Assembly (NCBI RefSeq): GCF_001194135.2
Contig: NC_068983.1
Location: 83,557,483 to 83,608,317, forward strand
Source of the DNA: Octopus bimaculoides
Taxonomy: Eukaryota
Length of the DNA stretch: 50,835 nucleotides
Direction of reading: 5' to 3'
Shown here: positions 48,401 through 50,835 of the stretch, piece after piece
Numbering within the stretch: the stretch's first letter is position 1
How the letters are laid out: each line of letters starts with the position of its first letter
Program-made: the position numbers and the translations under genes
The notes under the pieces: model-generated
Database searches by the model: none
What the model was told of the DNA's origin: nothing
The model's input: the letters and a program-made list of their open reading frames with translations, nothing else

Positions 48401-50419
48401 CATGATCCGATTTATAGTTACATCGATCATCATTATTTTATGGCTGATTTCTATGCTGCCATATATTGGCTGGGCAATCATGGTCCACATCATTTCTTAT
48501 TTGGTGTTACTTCCCTCCTAGACGAGTTAGAGGACTATATTTTGCTTATATGTTTCATTTTTCGTCTTGATTTCTAAAATTGAGTACCTTTCCTATCACC
48601 AGTTACTTTAACTAGGGGAATTTCATCATGGCACCAAGTTGTCATGTTTTTAACACAACTAAAGAATCTTCGTGATACCTTCTTTAATTGCACAAATAAA
48701 TTAATGATGCATTAAATTAATTAATGGTCCATTGATCATATTTGGAAGAATTAAGACAAAATAGAACTAGATAGAGATAGATAAAAATATTTGTAAAATG
48801 TAACGTATGCAAGTTTGTTTCTGATCAAAAAGAGGGGAAAAGAGAAACACAAATGTCTGAGACAAATGAATGCTTTAATACATACACACTAAATTCTTCA
48901 GAGTTTGTTGGTTCTGACTTTGCTTTTTACACTCTTGACTATGGTATAAACTTTTTTACCAAGTAACCCAATAAAAACATTCCTTTCTCATTGACCAGCA
49001 AACAGGAAAGCATAAGACCATGTGAAAATACTTCCTTTTGTTTGACAAATACAGGGTAGAGATTTGCATTAATTTATTTTGCAAACCAGTTTTCTACATT
49101 TTTTTTAAGTGTTAAAAGAATAAAAGAATGTTTTTATTTACTGTTGCCACAATTCTGTTTTAATCTAACTTATAAAATATCTATGACTGTTAGATCAACA
49201 TTTAGCTTTGTCTTTTAAGAAATGTAAACCCAAATAGCTTTGCACTACCTGTCTGATTCAAACATCACTAAAAGCTAAAAGGGGAATTTTTTTTCCTTTA
49301 TTTAGAATAACTTATGACAAAATAAACGAAAAGAAATATAAAAAATACAATAAAAATATATATTAATATGATTAATAGTAAAATAGATTTAAAACAAAAT
49401 TCAATAAAGCAACAAATGAATAAAAATAAAATTCCTAAGATAGAAAGGTCTTTAGAGAAATTAACTGTCCAAGAAATCAGTAAGACGTGTTATCTTGAAA
49501 AAGAAATAGATAGTTGGTGTTATATCTATTTCATAATATATAAGAAATTGCTTCTTTCAGCAAAACTTATTTATTTTTTAGTTCAGAAAAATAAAAGTAA
49601 TAGATGAAGAATAGAAAAAAAAAACTACAGAAAAGAAAAAAATACTCTTTCATCATATTTACCGTTCCAGTGATTTGGACCTGGAATCTATTTTTTTTAA
49701 TTGTTTCTATATTTGTTGTTAATATTTTTCAAATTTTTATAAACCATATTTTTTTCTAGCTTTAAAATATCATATACACATATATAGATACATACATATA
49801 TAAATGTGTGTGTGTGTGTGTGTGTGTGTTTGCACGTGTGTGTGTATGCAAGTGTATACACACATGCACACTTAAACAGACAATAACAAACATACAGACA
49901 GGTACAAAGAAAGAAGACAGCAAAACAGTCCAATTTTGGTGCTGGAGGTTAAAAAGAAAGATTTGGAGAAATGATTAAGAAAAGCTGCATCAAAGCAATA
50001 TCTTCAGATGATTGAAGTCAATCTATGAGAAAATTTTTCCAAGAAGAAATAGAAAACAGTGCAAATTTTGGTTGGGTTTCAGAAGTATTGTTTGATAAAC
50101 CTAGTATCCATGCCAATCCATTTGAGGGCCACAGATTGACTTTCAGGCTAAATAGCAGGTTAGATGAAAATCAGATACAATAGGTGCCGCAATTTTTCAT
50201 TCACCTTTTATAATGATGCATACACATAACCACAAAAATTCACTTCTATCAAAATACAGTCCCACATGAACACACAGCTTTGCACACTTGCATGTGTGGT
50301 AAGCTAGGATATATTACAGTAGTATACATAAATATCTATGTGCATGTTATGCATATGAATACGTATACATACTTGCACTTATACAATATAAGCATGTATA
50401 AGTACATGAACAAGCTCAT

Positions 50420-50628
50420 AAATATGTAAGTGTGTATGTATGTATGTATATATGTATGTATGTATGTATGCATGAGTGTGTGTGTAGAAACATACATACA
50501 TGCAGATACATCGCAGACAAATACAATAATGCAATACACGTGTATGTATATCTATATATATATTTATATATATTTATATGTATGTATATATATGTATATG
50601 CATATATGTATATATGTGTGTATATATA

Positions 50629-50673
<45 letters not shown>

Positions 50674-50770
50674 ATATGTATATGTGTGATATATTTATGT
50701 ATAAATGTATATGAGTGTGTCTGTGTACATGTTTATGTGTAAACTCATATATATGTATATACATATACAT
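50420..50770. repeat. Mixed (TATG)n/(TA)n/(TG)n low-complexity tract
   Basis: Direct. Confidence 0.9.
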
Positions 50771-50773
50771 GTA

Positions 50774-50835
50774 TCATCATCATCATCATCATCGTTTAAC
50801 GTCCGCTTTCCATGCTAACATGGGTTGGACGATTT
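50774..50835 (-). mobile_element. 3' end of a retroposon with (GAT)n tail, cut by the window edge
   Basis: (CAT)n-CGTTTAACGTCCGCTTTCCATGC..CATGGGTTGGACG; resembles a common octopus RTE-related tail as I recall it. Confidence 0.55.

Overview
AT-rich, microsatellite-dense animal genomic DNA from a gappy draft assembly (11 N-runs). The SINE families look like those I associate with Octopus (coleoid cephalopod); this is inference, not a database result. No intact protein-coding gene, rRNA, true tRNA or CRISPR array is supportable. Almost every ORF in the supplied track is a microsatellite, N-run or transposon artefact. The window holds many decayed transposons: two R4/Dong-like RLE LINEs, a HERO-like RLE LINE, three to four RTE-clade fragments, a Gypsy integrase with probable LTR, four mariner relics, one Tc1, two MITEs and about 20 tRNA-derived SINE copies. 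Family names come from my manual translation compared with remembered consensus motifs, and most element boundaries are approximate. The most interesting signals are (i) two minimal hammerhead-ribozyme-like motifs of the Penelope type, one inside a 181-bp fold-back element, and (ii) several local near-identical duplications: 154-bp direct, 114-bp A-B-A'-B' hairpin, 340-bp inverted, 107-bp direct, a 114-bp palindrome, and a mariner made of two left ends joined at a 7-bp microhomology. I do not see convincing evidence of a new gene-encoded system.
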